DNA of 64,000 bases from Candidatus Latescibacterota bacterium (GTDB lineage Bacteria; Latescibacterota; UBA2968), in contig OZ242311.1 in assembly GCA_965207885.1 (NCBI GenBank), positions 576,001-640,000 of the forward strand, given 5' to 3'. Shown piece after piece: positions 56,554 through 64,000 of the stretch. Each line of letters begins with the position of its first letter. Within the stretch, counting starts at the first letter, position 1. Position numbers and translations under genes: made by a program. The notes beneath the pieces are model-generated. The model saw only the letters and a program-made list of their open reading frames with translations. It made no database searches and was not told the DNA's origin.

Positions 56554-57393
56554 ATGAATAAGTTAAGCAAAAACAAGCGGATACAGATACTTGCGATGTT
56601 GTGTGAGGGCATGTCGATGCGGTCGGTAAGCCGTGTTGTCGGGTGTTCTATCAACTCCGTATTGAAGTTGTTGGTAGATGCAGGACAGGTGTGTGCGTTT
56701 TACCATGATGAGCATGTGCGCGGTATAGAAGCAGCCCATATCCAGTGTGATGAGATATGGGCTTTTTGTTATTGTAAGCAGAAAACGGTAGAAAACGGGA
56801 ATGTGGATCAATACGGTGCGGGTGATGTGTGGACGTGGACGGCATTAGAGCGAGACACAAAGTTGATCATTGCCTATGAGGTCGGAGATCGGTCTGCTGT
56901 GACCGCAATGGAGTTTATATCGAATCTCCGTGCGAGATTGGTGACCCGGGTACAATTGACGACGGATGGCCTGAGGGCGTATCTCGAAGCGGTCGAGGGC
57001 GCGTTTGGTGATGATATAGACTTTGCCCAATTGGTGAAGATTTACGATACTGAGACGAACCAGTTGAAACGTGTGGTGATTGGAAACCCTGTTGAGAGCG
57101 ATATTTCAACATCCCACGTTGAGCGTCAGAATCTCAATATGCGAATGGGGATGCGCCGGTTTACGCGACTGACGAATGCGTTTTCAAAGAAGTTGGAAAA
57201 CCACATTCACATGCTGAGTCTCTACTTTCTGTATTACAATTTCGTGCGGATGCATTTGACGTTGGAGACAACGCCAGCAGTCGCGGCAGGGTTGGCAGAC
57301 GAAGCCTACACAATGGGCTGGATCGTTGACCTGGTGGATGCTCACGCACCCAAACCCAATCGACCAAAAACGTACCGCAAAATTTCAAACTGA
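56554..57393 (+). CDS. IS1-family DDE transposase
   Basis: HTH; CDEIW, TTDG and HVERQN..MR...RRFTR. Stop lies inside the right IR. Probably leaderless (TTGACA-17-TAAATT-6-ATG). Confidence 0.92.
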   Translation: MNKLSKNKRIQILAMLCEGMSMRSVSRVVGCSINSVLKLLVDAGQVCAFYHDEHVRGIEAAHIQCDEIWAFCYCKQKTVENGNVDQYGAGDVWTWTALERDTKLIIAYEVGDRSAVTAMEFISNLRARLVTRVQLTTDGLRAYLEAVEGAFGDDIDFAQLVKIYDTETNQLKRVVIGNPVESDISTSHVERQNLNMRMGMRRFTRLTNAFSKKLENHIHMLSLYFLYYNFVRMHLTLETTPAVAAGLADEAYTMGWIVDLVDAHAPKPNRPKTYRKISN

Positions 57394-57636
57394 GACACTA
57401 CCTGGCTTCCCCAAAAGTAGGCTGTTTCATTACTCTTGTAATTTTGTCCCGTATGCGAAAACTCAGGACATAAGGAGGGAACAGGAAATGTGTGTAATAG
57501 AATTCATACGTGGCGCAGAACTTCTCTCCCAACTGCATAACTTCGGCCCCGAGGTAGTTCGCTAATCCGTATTCCTTCGCTCTAACGGCGGCATTGTATC
57601 GCTTGCATACTTCGAGGATTTTTTTCTTTGGATTTT

Positions 57637-57905
57637 TCATTGGCTTGCTCTTGCGTCTTTCAACTGCTCGGCGATTGTTCTGCGGCGGGAGATAATCTCT
57701 TTTGCGTTGGCTCGATCAATTTTCTTTCGCGCTTGGTTGCGGACGTATCTGAGAATTTCGTTGGGGTCTTGGTTCAGATAGTTCCCGACTACGCGGCAGA
57801 ACTCTGTGAGGTTGCGATTCCGCGGGAGGAATTGCATTTGTGACAGGCAGTCACTAAGTTAGATTCGTCATTGCTCCCGCCTTTGCTGTATGATCTAACG
57901 TGATC
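57637..57905 (-). pseudogene. 5'-truncated, frameshifted HNH endonuclease remnant
   Basis: DHVRSYSKGGSNDESNLVTACHKCNSSRG, then a one-base shift into NRNLTEFC... Confidence 0.75.
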
Positions 57906-57974
57906 AAAAGAGACGCATTGCAAGGAATGCGTCTCAAAGATAAATAAGAGGTATGACAGGGTATGTCGTGGGTG
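57906..57974 (-). promoter_or_regulatory. WYL-box promoter/terminator module, copy B
   Basis: Directly after the WYL stop codon; 66/69 identical to copy A. Confidence 0.75.
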
Positions 57975-57975
57975 G

Positions 57976-58953
57976 TCAGGTTTTTTTATAAGAATCTAGA
58001 TTTTTTTTGAGTTCCTCAATTATTTCTTCGCGTAGGGCGGGTGGTTCGAGGACTTCTGCATCTGCGCCATGGCTGAGTATCCAAGATTTTATTTCGTAAA
58101 AACCGCCGGCTTGAAAGGAGAGTATTATCTCGCCAGTGTCCAGTTCTTCAATTTTTTCTGAGGGGTGCCAGATCCGCTGTTTGATGTATCGAGCTTGCCA
58201 GGCGGAGAATCGGATTTTGACGTCTATTGGGTCTTCGAGTGTGATGCCGAATGCCTGCTGGATGCGGTTTTCGATGTCCAGATCATCGGGTGGCTCAAAG
58301 GTTTGGGATGTGATTTCGAGGTCTTGAATGCGTTCTGCTGCGAGTGTGAGTAAGTCGGCGTAATTTGGATTGCGGCAGAGTAGATAATATCCGTTGTGAT
58401 AATACAATAATCTAAAGGGTGTAATGGGATAGGTTTTGGTTTGTCCGGTTGTGATGGCGTGATAGGTGATGTTGCAAATTTTACGTTCTTTGATTGCGCG
58501 ATGAGCGGTTTCGAGTACTTCAGGAGATATCAGCGCTTTTTGCCCGCGATGATGGGGGTAATAAGCTGCGCCCGCCTTTTCTAAAAATGCTTGCATCGGC
58601 TCTGGGAGCGTTGTTCTGATTCTGTTCAGGGTTTTCTGAAATGCTTCTTTGTATGGCGTGCCTTCAAGCGGGCTGACGATTCCTTCGATGAAGGTCAGTG
58701 CGATGATTTCGTCGGTGGGAAAGTTCAGGGGTGGCAGGTTGTTTTTTTCGAGTTTAAAGTATTTTTTTCCGCGGTCTCCCACTTCTTCATTGATACTGAA
58801 GCCCACTTCTCGGAGATCATCGAGATCCCTTTGTATGGTGCGCTTGTCAACGCCCGATTCGTCGGCGAGTTTTCGATAAGGCACACCATAAGTCTGGGCG
58901 AGGAGTGTGCGGAGGATGTCCAGTTGACGGACGATTTGTTTGTTGTCTGACAT
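57976..58953 (-). CDS. wHTH-WYL-WCX transcriptional regulator (YafY/PafBC-like)
   Basis: KRTIQRDLDDLR HTH; P.RL.Y...YYL; ERI; WILSHG..AEVLEP..LR. Confidence 0.92.
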   Translation of the reverse strand: MSDNKQIVRQLDILRTLLAQTYGVPYRKLADESGVDKRTIQRDLDDLREVGFSINEEVGDRGKKYFKLEKNNLPPLNFPTDEIIALTFIEGIVSPLEGTPYKEAFQKTLNRIRTTLPEPMQAFLEKAGAAYYPHHRGQKALISPEVLETAHRAIKERKICNITYHAITTGQTKTYPITPFRLLYYHNGYYLLCRNPNYADLLTLAAERIQDLEITSQTFEPPDDLDIENRIQQAFGITLEDPIDVKIRFSAWQARYIKQRIWHPSEKIEELDTGEIILSFQAGGFYEIKSWILSHGADAEVLEPPALREEIIEELKKNLDSYKKT

Positions 58954-58969
58954 GGCTATTTTGCAAATA

Positions 58970-59010
58970 AAAAGGGCTTACGCCATCCCGACGTAAGCCC
59001 TTGTGTTTTT
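58970..59010. terminator. Terminator downstream of tRNA-Leu
   Basis: AAGGGCTTACG-loop-CGTAAGCCCTT. Confidence 0.7.
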
Positions 59011-59011
59011 A

Positions 59012-59098
59012 TGGTGCCGAAGGTGGGACTCGAACCCACACGGCCTTGCGGCCACTGGATTTTGAGTCCAGCGCGTCTACCAATTCCACCACTTCGGC
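59012..59098 (-). tRNA. tRNA-Leu(CAA)
   Basis: GCCGAAG...CTCAAAA...long variable arm...GGTTCGAGTCC...CTTCGGCACCA. Confidence 0.97.
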
Positions 59099-59144
59099 AC
59101 CTGAAGTCCTGTGGTCAAGAATATCCCAAACGCCGTATTGCGTG

Positions 59145-59717
59145 TCAAGGGTTTTTGAAGTGATCTGTTTCAGCGCGTGGCGGTCCGATGATTTCGTTGT
59201 AGATGATGGCTTTTCGGATGGTGTTGGGTTCAAAATCGAGTTTTATACGGCGTTTTTTGCGTTTGGGGCGCAGGAGTGTTTGGGTTTCAGATGCGCGTGT
59301 AAATAGGGTTTTGCCTTCGATGTAAGACGATTCATCGGAGACAGGGCGCTTGACCTCAACTTCCTGGAATTCTGGTCCGGTATCAGCTTCGGAGACGGGA
59401 CGTTTGCCGTGTACCTCCTGAAATTCTGGTCCTGTGTCCGCTTCAGAGACGGGACGTTTGCCATGCACTTCCTGAAACTCTGAAGGGGGTTTGGGTTCTG
59501 GTTTGGGTTCTGGTTCGGGAGGTCCGAAGAGGACTTCCCATTCAGAGAGGTCGATTTCCTCTTCAAAGGGATCGTCGGCACCTGCGTCGCGGGACGTTTG
59601 CCTGCGCTGGAGTTTGGTTTCGTCGGGTTCTCTGGTGCCTCGCAGCCTTTTTATGAGCGGCGAGATAAGGCTGAAGAAGAGAAACACGATTATCGGTATG
59701 AGTACTTCCAGTTCCAT
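59145..59717 (-). CDS. Membrane-anchored protein with three 18-aa repeats (YqfB-like position in the nfeD-floA operon)
   Basis: N-terminal TM; EFQEVHGKRPVSEADTGP repeats; C-terminal AIIYNEIIGPPRA. Confidence 0.7.
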   Translation of the reverse strand: MELEVLIPIIVFLFFSLISPLIKRLRGTREPDETKLQRRQTSRDAGADDPFEEEIDLSEWEVLFGPPEPEPKPEPKPPSEFQEVHGKRPVSEADTGPEFQEVHGKRPVSEADTGPEFQEVEVKRPVSDESSYIEGKTLFTRASETQTLLRPKRKKRRIKLDFEPNTIRKAIIYNEIIGPPRAETDHFKNP

Positions 59718-59746
59718 GATGTAAGACCATTTGTTATGGGGTTATG

Positions 59747-59846
59747 GTACGGGCGACCACAGGGGGTCGCCCCTACAAGTCACAATATCATCGTAGGGGA
59801 CGGTCCCCGTATAGAGACATTACGGGGCAGGCCCTGTGCCGTCCCT
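59747..59846. repeat. Inverted pair of GTAG-type REP sequences, the second with a nested hairpin
   Basis: Minus-strand GTAGGGGCGACCCCCTGTGGTCGCCC and plus-strand GTAGGGGACGG[...]CCCTGTGCCGTCCCT. Confidence 0.75.
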
Positions 59847-60830
59847 TTATTGGTTGTTGTCTTCGTCTTCTTCGGTTTCACCAGCGATGCCTTCGCGCAT
59901 TTGCGTGTCGGCTTCGATGTTGCGCATGCGGTAGTAGTCCATAATGCCCATGTTGCCACTGCGAAATGCGTCGGACATTGCGAGGGGTACTTCGGCTTCG
60001 GCTTCGACGACGCGGGCGCGCATTTCTTCAACGCGGGCTGCCATTTCTTGTTCTAGTGCAACGGCCATTGCTCTGCGTTCTTCGGCGCGCGCCTGTGCGA
60101 TGTTTTTGTCGGCTTCGGCCTGGTCTGTCTGGAGTTTTGCACCGATGTTGTCGCCCACATCCACGTCGGCGATGTCGATGGAGAGGATTTCGTAGGCGGT
60201 GCCCGAGTCGAGGCCCTTGTCCAGTACGGTTTTGGAGATCATGTCGGGATTTTCGAGTACGTCTTTGTGGGTTTCCGAGGAGCCGATGGTGGTGACGATG
60301 CCTTCGCCTACGCGGGCCATGATGGTTTCTTCACCTGCGCCACCGACCAGGCGTTCTATGTTGGCGCGAACCGTGACGCGAGAGGTGGCTTTGACCTGTA
60401 TGCCGTCTTTGGCAACGGCGGTGACCATGGGGGTGGAGATGACTTTGGGGTTGACGCTGACCTGTACGGCTTCGAGGACGTCGCGCCCAGCAAGGTCGAT
60501 GGCGGCGGCGCGTTCGCCGGTCAGACCAATGCCAGCTTTGTCTGCGGCGATGAGGGCGTTGACGACATTTTCGACATGACCCCCGGCGAGGAAGTGGGCT
60601 TCGAGAAATGCAGTGGGTATGTCGAGACCCGCTTTGGTTGCGTTGATTTGCGAGCCGAGGATGATGCGCGGGGGTACGCGACGCAAGCGCATGCCGACGA
60701 GTTCGATGATGCCGATGCGCACGCGCGCGGCAAGGGCGGAGATCCAGAGTCCGACGGGAATGAAGTAGAAAAAGAGGGAGAGTAGCAGAATGCCACCTAC
60801 AACAAAGAGGAGGAGGATAATAGCGTCCAT
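59847..60830 (-). CDS. floA: Flotillin-like protein FloA (UPF0365/YqfA)
   Basis: [33 protein letters not shown] and MDYYRMRNI. Confidence 0.92.
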   Translation of the reverse strand: MDAIILLLFVVGGILLLSLFFYFIPVGLWISALAARVRIGIIELVGMRLRRVPPRIILGSQINATKAGLDIPTAFLEAHFLAGGHVENVVNALIAADKAGIGLTGERAAAIDLAGRDVLEAVQVSVNPKVISTPMVTAVAKDGIQVKATSRVTVRANIERLVGGAGEETIMARVGEGIVTTIGSSETHKDVLENPDMISKTVLDKGLDSGTAYEILSIDIADVDVGDNIGAKLQTDQAEADKNIAQARAEERRAMAVALEQEMAARVEEMRARVVEAEAEVPLAMSDAFRSGNMGIMDYYRMRNIEADTQMREGIAGETEEDEDNNQ

Positions 60831-60856
60831 GAAAAGCTCCTTAAAAATGGTCGGTC

Positions 60857-62194
60857 TTATGTGTCTTCTGTTTTTCGCACAATGACGCGACTGCCTTCGA
60901 TTTCGATGATTGTGACGGGTGTGTCTTTGGTTAAGTATTCTCCTTCGGTCGATACGCTGATGCGGCGACCGTCAAATACGCCGGTGCCGCCGGGGCGCAG
61001 GTCTGTAAATGCGATACCCGATGTGCCTAAGAGGTCGCTGTAGGGTGCCGCAACATATCCTTCGGAGGATTTTTCTTCGGTGTCGAGTACGAGGCGGTTC
61101 CACATTCTGGATTTTGGGAGGGAACGCAAAATGAGAATGGCGAGGACACCGGTGAGGATCACAGAGAGGAGCAAGGGGGTGAGCGCGGCGTTAATGTCGT
61201 CCCAGGTCCAGAGGTCATAGCGACCCATGAGGCTTAAAAATAGGCTGGTTAAGACCAGGATTGCGCCGGGAATGGCGAGGAGGCCAAAGCCCATGACAAA
61301 AAACAGGTCGAGGAGGATGAGGGCGATGCCGATCAGGAAGATGAGGATTTCAGACCAGTCGGCGAGGTTGACGAGCAGGTGGCTGCCGAAAAATAGGCCC
61401 AGGCAGATTAAGCCGATGGTGCCGCCGATGCCCCAGCCCGGGCTCTGGATTTCGAAGATCAGGCCCAGAAATCCCAGGGTCATGAGCAACGAGGCCAGGT
61501 AGGGGTTGGTGAGATAGCGCACGACTTGTTCGGCCCAGTTGGTCGATTGGTGGATGACGCTGGCCTGCACGAGGTCGTAGTATTTGAGTACGGCGATGAG
61601 TTTTTCCGATTCGTTTTTTTCGGCGATTTTGTGGTCGGCGATGTCGTTTTCAATAGCTTCTTCAGTGGTGAGGGTGAGTAGCTTGCCTTTGGGTGCCAGG
61701 CCCTCGACATTGACGTCTTCATCGACCATGGCTTCGGCCAGTTTGGAGGAGCGGCCGGTTTTTTCTGCTGTAGCTTTCATTTCGTTGCGGAAGTACGAGA
61801 TGATTTTTTCACTGGCTTTGTTGCCCTGCATATCAACGGCTGTGGCCGCGCCAATGGTTCCGCCTTCGACCATGATGATGTGGTCGGTAGATAGCGCGAT
61901 GAGGGCGCCTGCAGATATTGCGCGGGGGTTGATGAAGGCGATGGTTTTGGTTTCGCTGTAGAGGATGGCGTCCCGGATGGTGAGTGCGGCGTCGAGGGCA
62001 CCGCCAGGGGTGTCGATTTCAAAGATGACGGCTTTGACGCCCGCGTCTTCTGCGTCGTTCATGACGCGCGTGACAAAAGCTGCAACACCGCCTTCAATGG
62101 TGCCGTTGATTTTGGCGACGTGTACTTCTTCTGCCCGGGTGGGCAAACCGAGTCCCAGAAGGAGTACGAGGAATGTGAGTACGGGTTTCATCAA
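60857..62194 (-). CDS. NfeD family membrane-bound serine protease (long form)
   Basis: IDTPGG, AISAGA, TM block, C-terminal TDLRPGG OB fold. Confidence 0.9.
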   Translation of the reverse strand: MMKPVLTFLVLLLGLGLPTRAEEVHVAKINGTIEGGVAAFVTRVMNDAEDAGVKAVIFEIDTPGGALDAALTIRDAILYSETKTIAFINPRAISAGALIALSTDHIIMVEGGTIGAATAVDMQGNKASEKIISYFRNEMKATAEKTGRSSKLAEAMVDEDVNVEGLAPKGKLLTLTTEEAIENDIADHKIAEKNESEKLIAVLKYYDLVQASVIHQSTNWAEQVVRYLTNPYLASLLMTLGFLGLIFEIQSPGWGIGGTIGLICLGLFFGSHLLVNLADWSEILIFLIGIALILLDLFFVMGFGLLAIPGAILVLTSLFLSLMGRYDLWTWDDINAALTPLLLSVILTGVLAILILRSLPKSRMWNRLVLDTEEKSSEGYVAAPYSDLLGTSGIAFTDLRPGGTGVFDGRRISVSTEGEYLTKDTPVTIIEIEGSRVIVRKTEDT

Positions 62195-62346
62195 TAAGAT
62201 CCTCCAGAATATATTTTCATGAATACCTTATATTGAGGTGGTTGTCAATGGTTTTGAGGTTTGATGCGTGGTAAGGAGGATAGGTTGCAGATGGAGAGAG
62301 ATAGAAGGGCAATGGAAGCGCCCATCATCGCAGCAGGCTCCCGTTT

Positions 62347-62377
62347 GTCATCGCGGCAAGGTGTAAGCCGCGATCCA
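62347..62377 (+). repeat. Palindrome copy 7
   Basis: GTCATCGCGGCAAGGTGTAAGCCGCGATCCA. Confidence 0.8.
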
Positions 62378-62462
62378 GAAGGTTTTGATCGCTGATCGCT
62401 TGTTTTGCCAATGCTTGACACTATAAGCGTTTTCCTGTATTTTTCTCGCCCTGATATCATGT

Positions 62463-62535
62463 GGCGGCATAGCTCAGCTGGTAGAGCAGTGGAATCATAA
62501 TCCATGGGTCGGGGGTTCGAGTCCCTCTGCCGCTA
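62463..62535 (+). tRNA. tRNA with CAT anticodon, probably elongator tRNA-Met; CCA not encoded
   Basis: GGCGGCATAGCTCAG...GGAATCATAATCC...GGTTCGAGTCC...TGCCGCTA; lacks initiator features. Confidence 0.9.
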
Positions 62536-62947
62536 CTACAAAAATCTTTTCGCTGAACTTTCTTCAAAGGTCGTAAGTTTTTGCTCCCTGAGCAACGCTT
62601 ACGGCCTTTTGTTTTGGCTCTGCCCAAGTTGCTTCACTGCGTAATAATCACAATAAAGGCTCTGTAAGCCCTAAGTACTCCACCAAAGCGGGGTAACTCC
62701 AGATGTGATGATGGAAGGCGAGTTTGAGGCCGATAATTTGGTTTTGATGCGAGATATTGTTGCAAGGTTGGGCGTGTCAGATGTTGCTGCTTTCGGCTTG
62801 ACGTGGGAAGAGGCCAGGTCAATGTTGGAAGCTCTTGGCTATCGCCCAAAGTTAGCGTTTGAAATGATTTAGCAATAGGCCACATTGCTACCTAAAAAGC
62901 CCGTCGGTTTTTCCGGCGGGCTTTGTTTGTTTTTTGGCGGATGGGAA

Positions 62948-64000
62948 TTAATCCACGGGTTCAAAAATCTTTTTTCCCCCCAGATAGGATCTCAGGATTT
63001 CGGGGATAGTGACGCTGCCGTCACTGTTTTGATTTTGTTCGACGATTGCGGGGATGATGCGGCTGGTCGCCAGGCCCGAGGCGTTGAGGGTGTGTACGAG
63101 TTCGTTTTTGCCGGTTTCTGTGCGTTTGAATCGGATGCTGCCGCGTCTTGCCTGATAGTCGCTGGCATTGGATGCAGAGCTGACTTCTTTGTATTCGTTC
63201 ATGCTGGGGATCCAGACTTCAATGTCATAAGTTTTGGCCATGGATGCGCTGACGTCTTTTGCGGCGAGCATGGAGACGCGGTGATGCAGGCCCAGGTCCC
63301 GGGTGAGTTTTTCGGCTTTGTCGATGAGTTCTTCGAGCGCGTCTTCGGAATCTTCGGGGCGGGTGAATTGGAACATTTCGATTTTGTTGAATTGGTGACC
63401 GCGAATCATGCCCCTTTCCTGTGCCCGATAACTGCCGGCTTCTTTGCGATAACAGGGGGTGTAGGAGAAGAATTTTTTGGGCAGGTCTTGTTCGGGGATG
63501 ATTTCGTCCCGGTAGAAGTTGATCAATGCGGTTTCAGAGGTGGGCAAGAGGAATTGCACTTTGTCGTCGCCGGTTTTGAGGTGGAATACGTCGTCGGCAA
63601 ATTTGGGGAATTGTCCGGCGGTAAAGCCACATGCTTCGTTGAGTATGTGTGGGGGCAATACAAATTCGTAGCCGTCGTCAATGTGGCTGTCGATGAAGTA
63701 GTTGAGCAAGGCCCATTCGAGGTGTGCGCCGTCGCCGATGTAAAGCCAGAATCCGGTTCCGCCCATTTTGACGCCGCGTTCGTAGTCGATCAGGCGCAGA
63801 TGGGTGACGAGTTCGACGTGGTCCTGGGGATCAAAGTCGGGTGCGGGTTTTTCGCCCCAGGTGCGTACGACGCGGTTGTTTTCTTTGTCTCCGGGGGGTA
63901 CGTCGTCTGCGGGTATGTTGGGGAGGCTTTCGATAAATAGATGGATGTTTTGCTCGATTTCCGCGAGTTCGGTTTCAATGGTTTTGATGCGGTTCGAGAC
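62948..64000 (-). CDS. serS: Seryl-tRNA synthetase, 5' part outside the window
   Basis: LLPTSET, CYRKEAG, RGHQFNKIE, EVSSASN and HTLNASGLA; frame open to the window edge. Confidence 0.96.
   Translation of the reverse strand, partial: VSNRIKTIETELAEIEQNIHLFIESLPNIPADDVPPGDKENNRVVRTWGEKPAPDFDPQDHVELVTHLRLIDYERGVKMGGTGFWLYIGDGAHLEWALLNYFIDSHIDDGYEFVLPPHILNEACGFTAGQFPKFADDVFHLKTGDDKVQFLLPTSETALINFYRDEIIPEQDLPKKFFSYTPCYRKEAGSYRAQERGMIRGHQFNKIEMFQFTRPEDSEDALEELIDKAEKLTRDLGLHHRVSMLAAKDVSASMAKTYDIEVWIPSMNEYKEVSSASNASDYQARRGSIRFKRTETGKNELVHTLNASGLATSRIIPAIVEQNQNSDGSVTIPEILRSYLGGKKIFEPVD

Larger units (their letters stand above)
54637..57402 (+). mobile_element. IS1-family transposon with passenger genes, 2766 bp
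   Basis: Perfect 20-bp terminal inverted repeats GGTAGTGTCTCAGTTTGAAA; 8-bp target duplication TGGCTTCC (54629-54636 and 57403-57410). Confidence 0.93.
54588..57640 (-). pseudogene. Small hypothetical gene interrupted by the IS1-family element
   Basis: Removing 54637-57402 and one TSD copy gives ...QPTFGEAIKMELFRPKGEPR* ending at 54588. Confidence 0.65.

Noticed and set aside
50792-57974. 69-bp direct repeats as CRISPR repeats or tRNA att sites
   Set aside because: Only two copies, 7 kb apart, with no cas genes. They do not match the tRNA-Leu 3' end, and I saw no integrase or duplicated tRNA end in the window.
59333-59483. 54-bp tandem repeats as a CRISPR array
   Set aside because: They are in-frame coding repeats with no unique spacers.

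Overview
Bacterial chromosomal window in which GC-richer housekeeping and catabolic genes alternate with three accessory blocks. The core genes include an enolase-superfamily dehydratase, BKACE, pepA, a DegP-type protease, two sulfatases, DsbD, a FolC-ATP-grasp fusion, a GH106-like hydrolase, an ALDH, nfeD-floA, serS, tRNA-Leu(CAA) and tRNA-Met(CAT). Block 1 (0.2-7.4 kb) is a toxin-antitoxin cassette field with a repeated promoter-like module and a tnpB-only IS200/IS605 element whose exact ends and target motif can be read from the DUF433 gene it splits. Block 2 (34.7-42.5 kb) holds an MNT-HEPN pair and a two-gene operon: a 1758-aa protein with four glycosyltransferase-like domains, a kinase fold and a methyltransferase, plus a SLOG-deacetylase fusion, behind a structured ~165-nt leader. 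Block 3 (45.5-59 kb) is a defence-like island beside tRNA-Leu. It has a WYL regulator, a duplicated WYL-box promoter/terminator module in front of a dnaB copy, two NucS-like nucleases, and a 2.77-kb IS1-family transposon carrying a small basic protein and up to three predicted small RNAs. The best candidates for undescribed systems are the block 2 operon, the RNA-rich IS1 transposon and the WYL-dnaB module. An EF-hand/dockerin-like remnant and the sulfatase-rich content suggest, by inference only, a sponge-associated Latescibacterota/Gemmatimonadota-like genome. All family calls are from motif recognition by eye; no searches were run.
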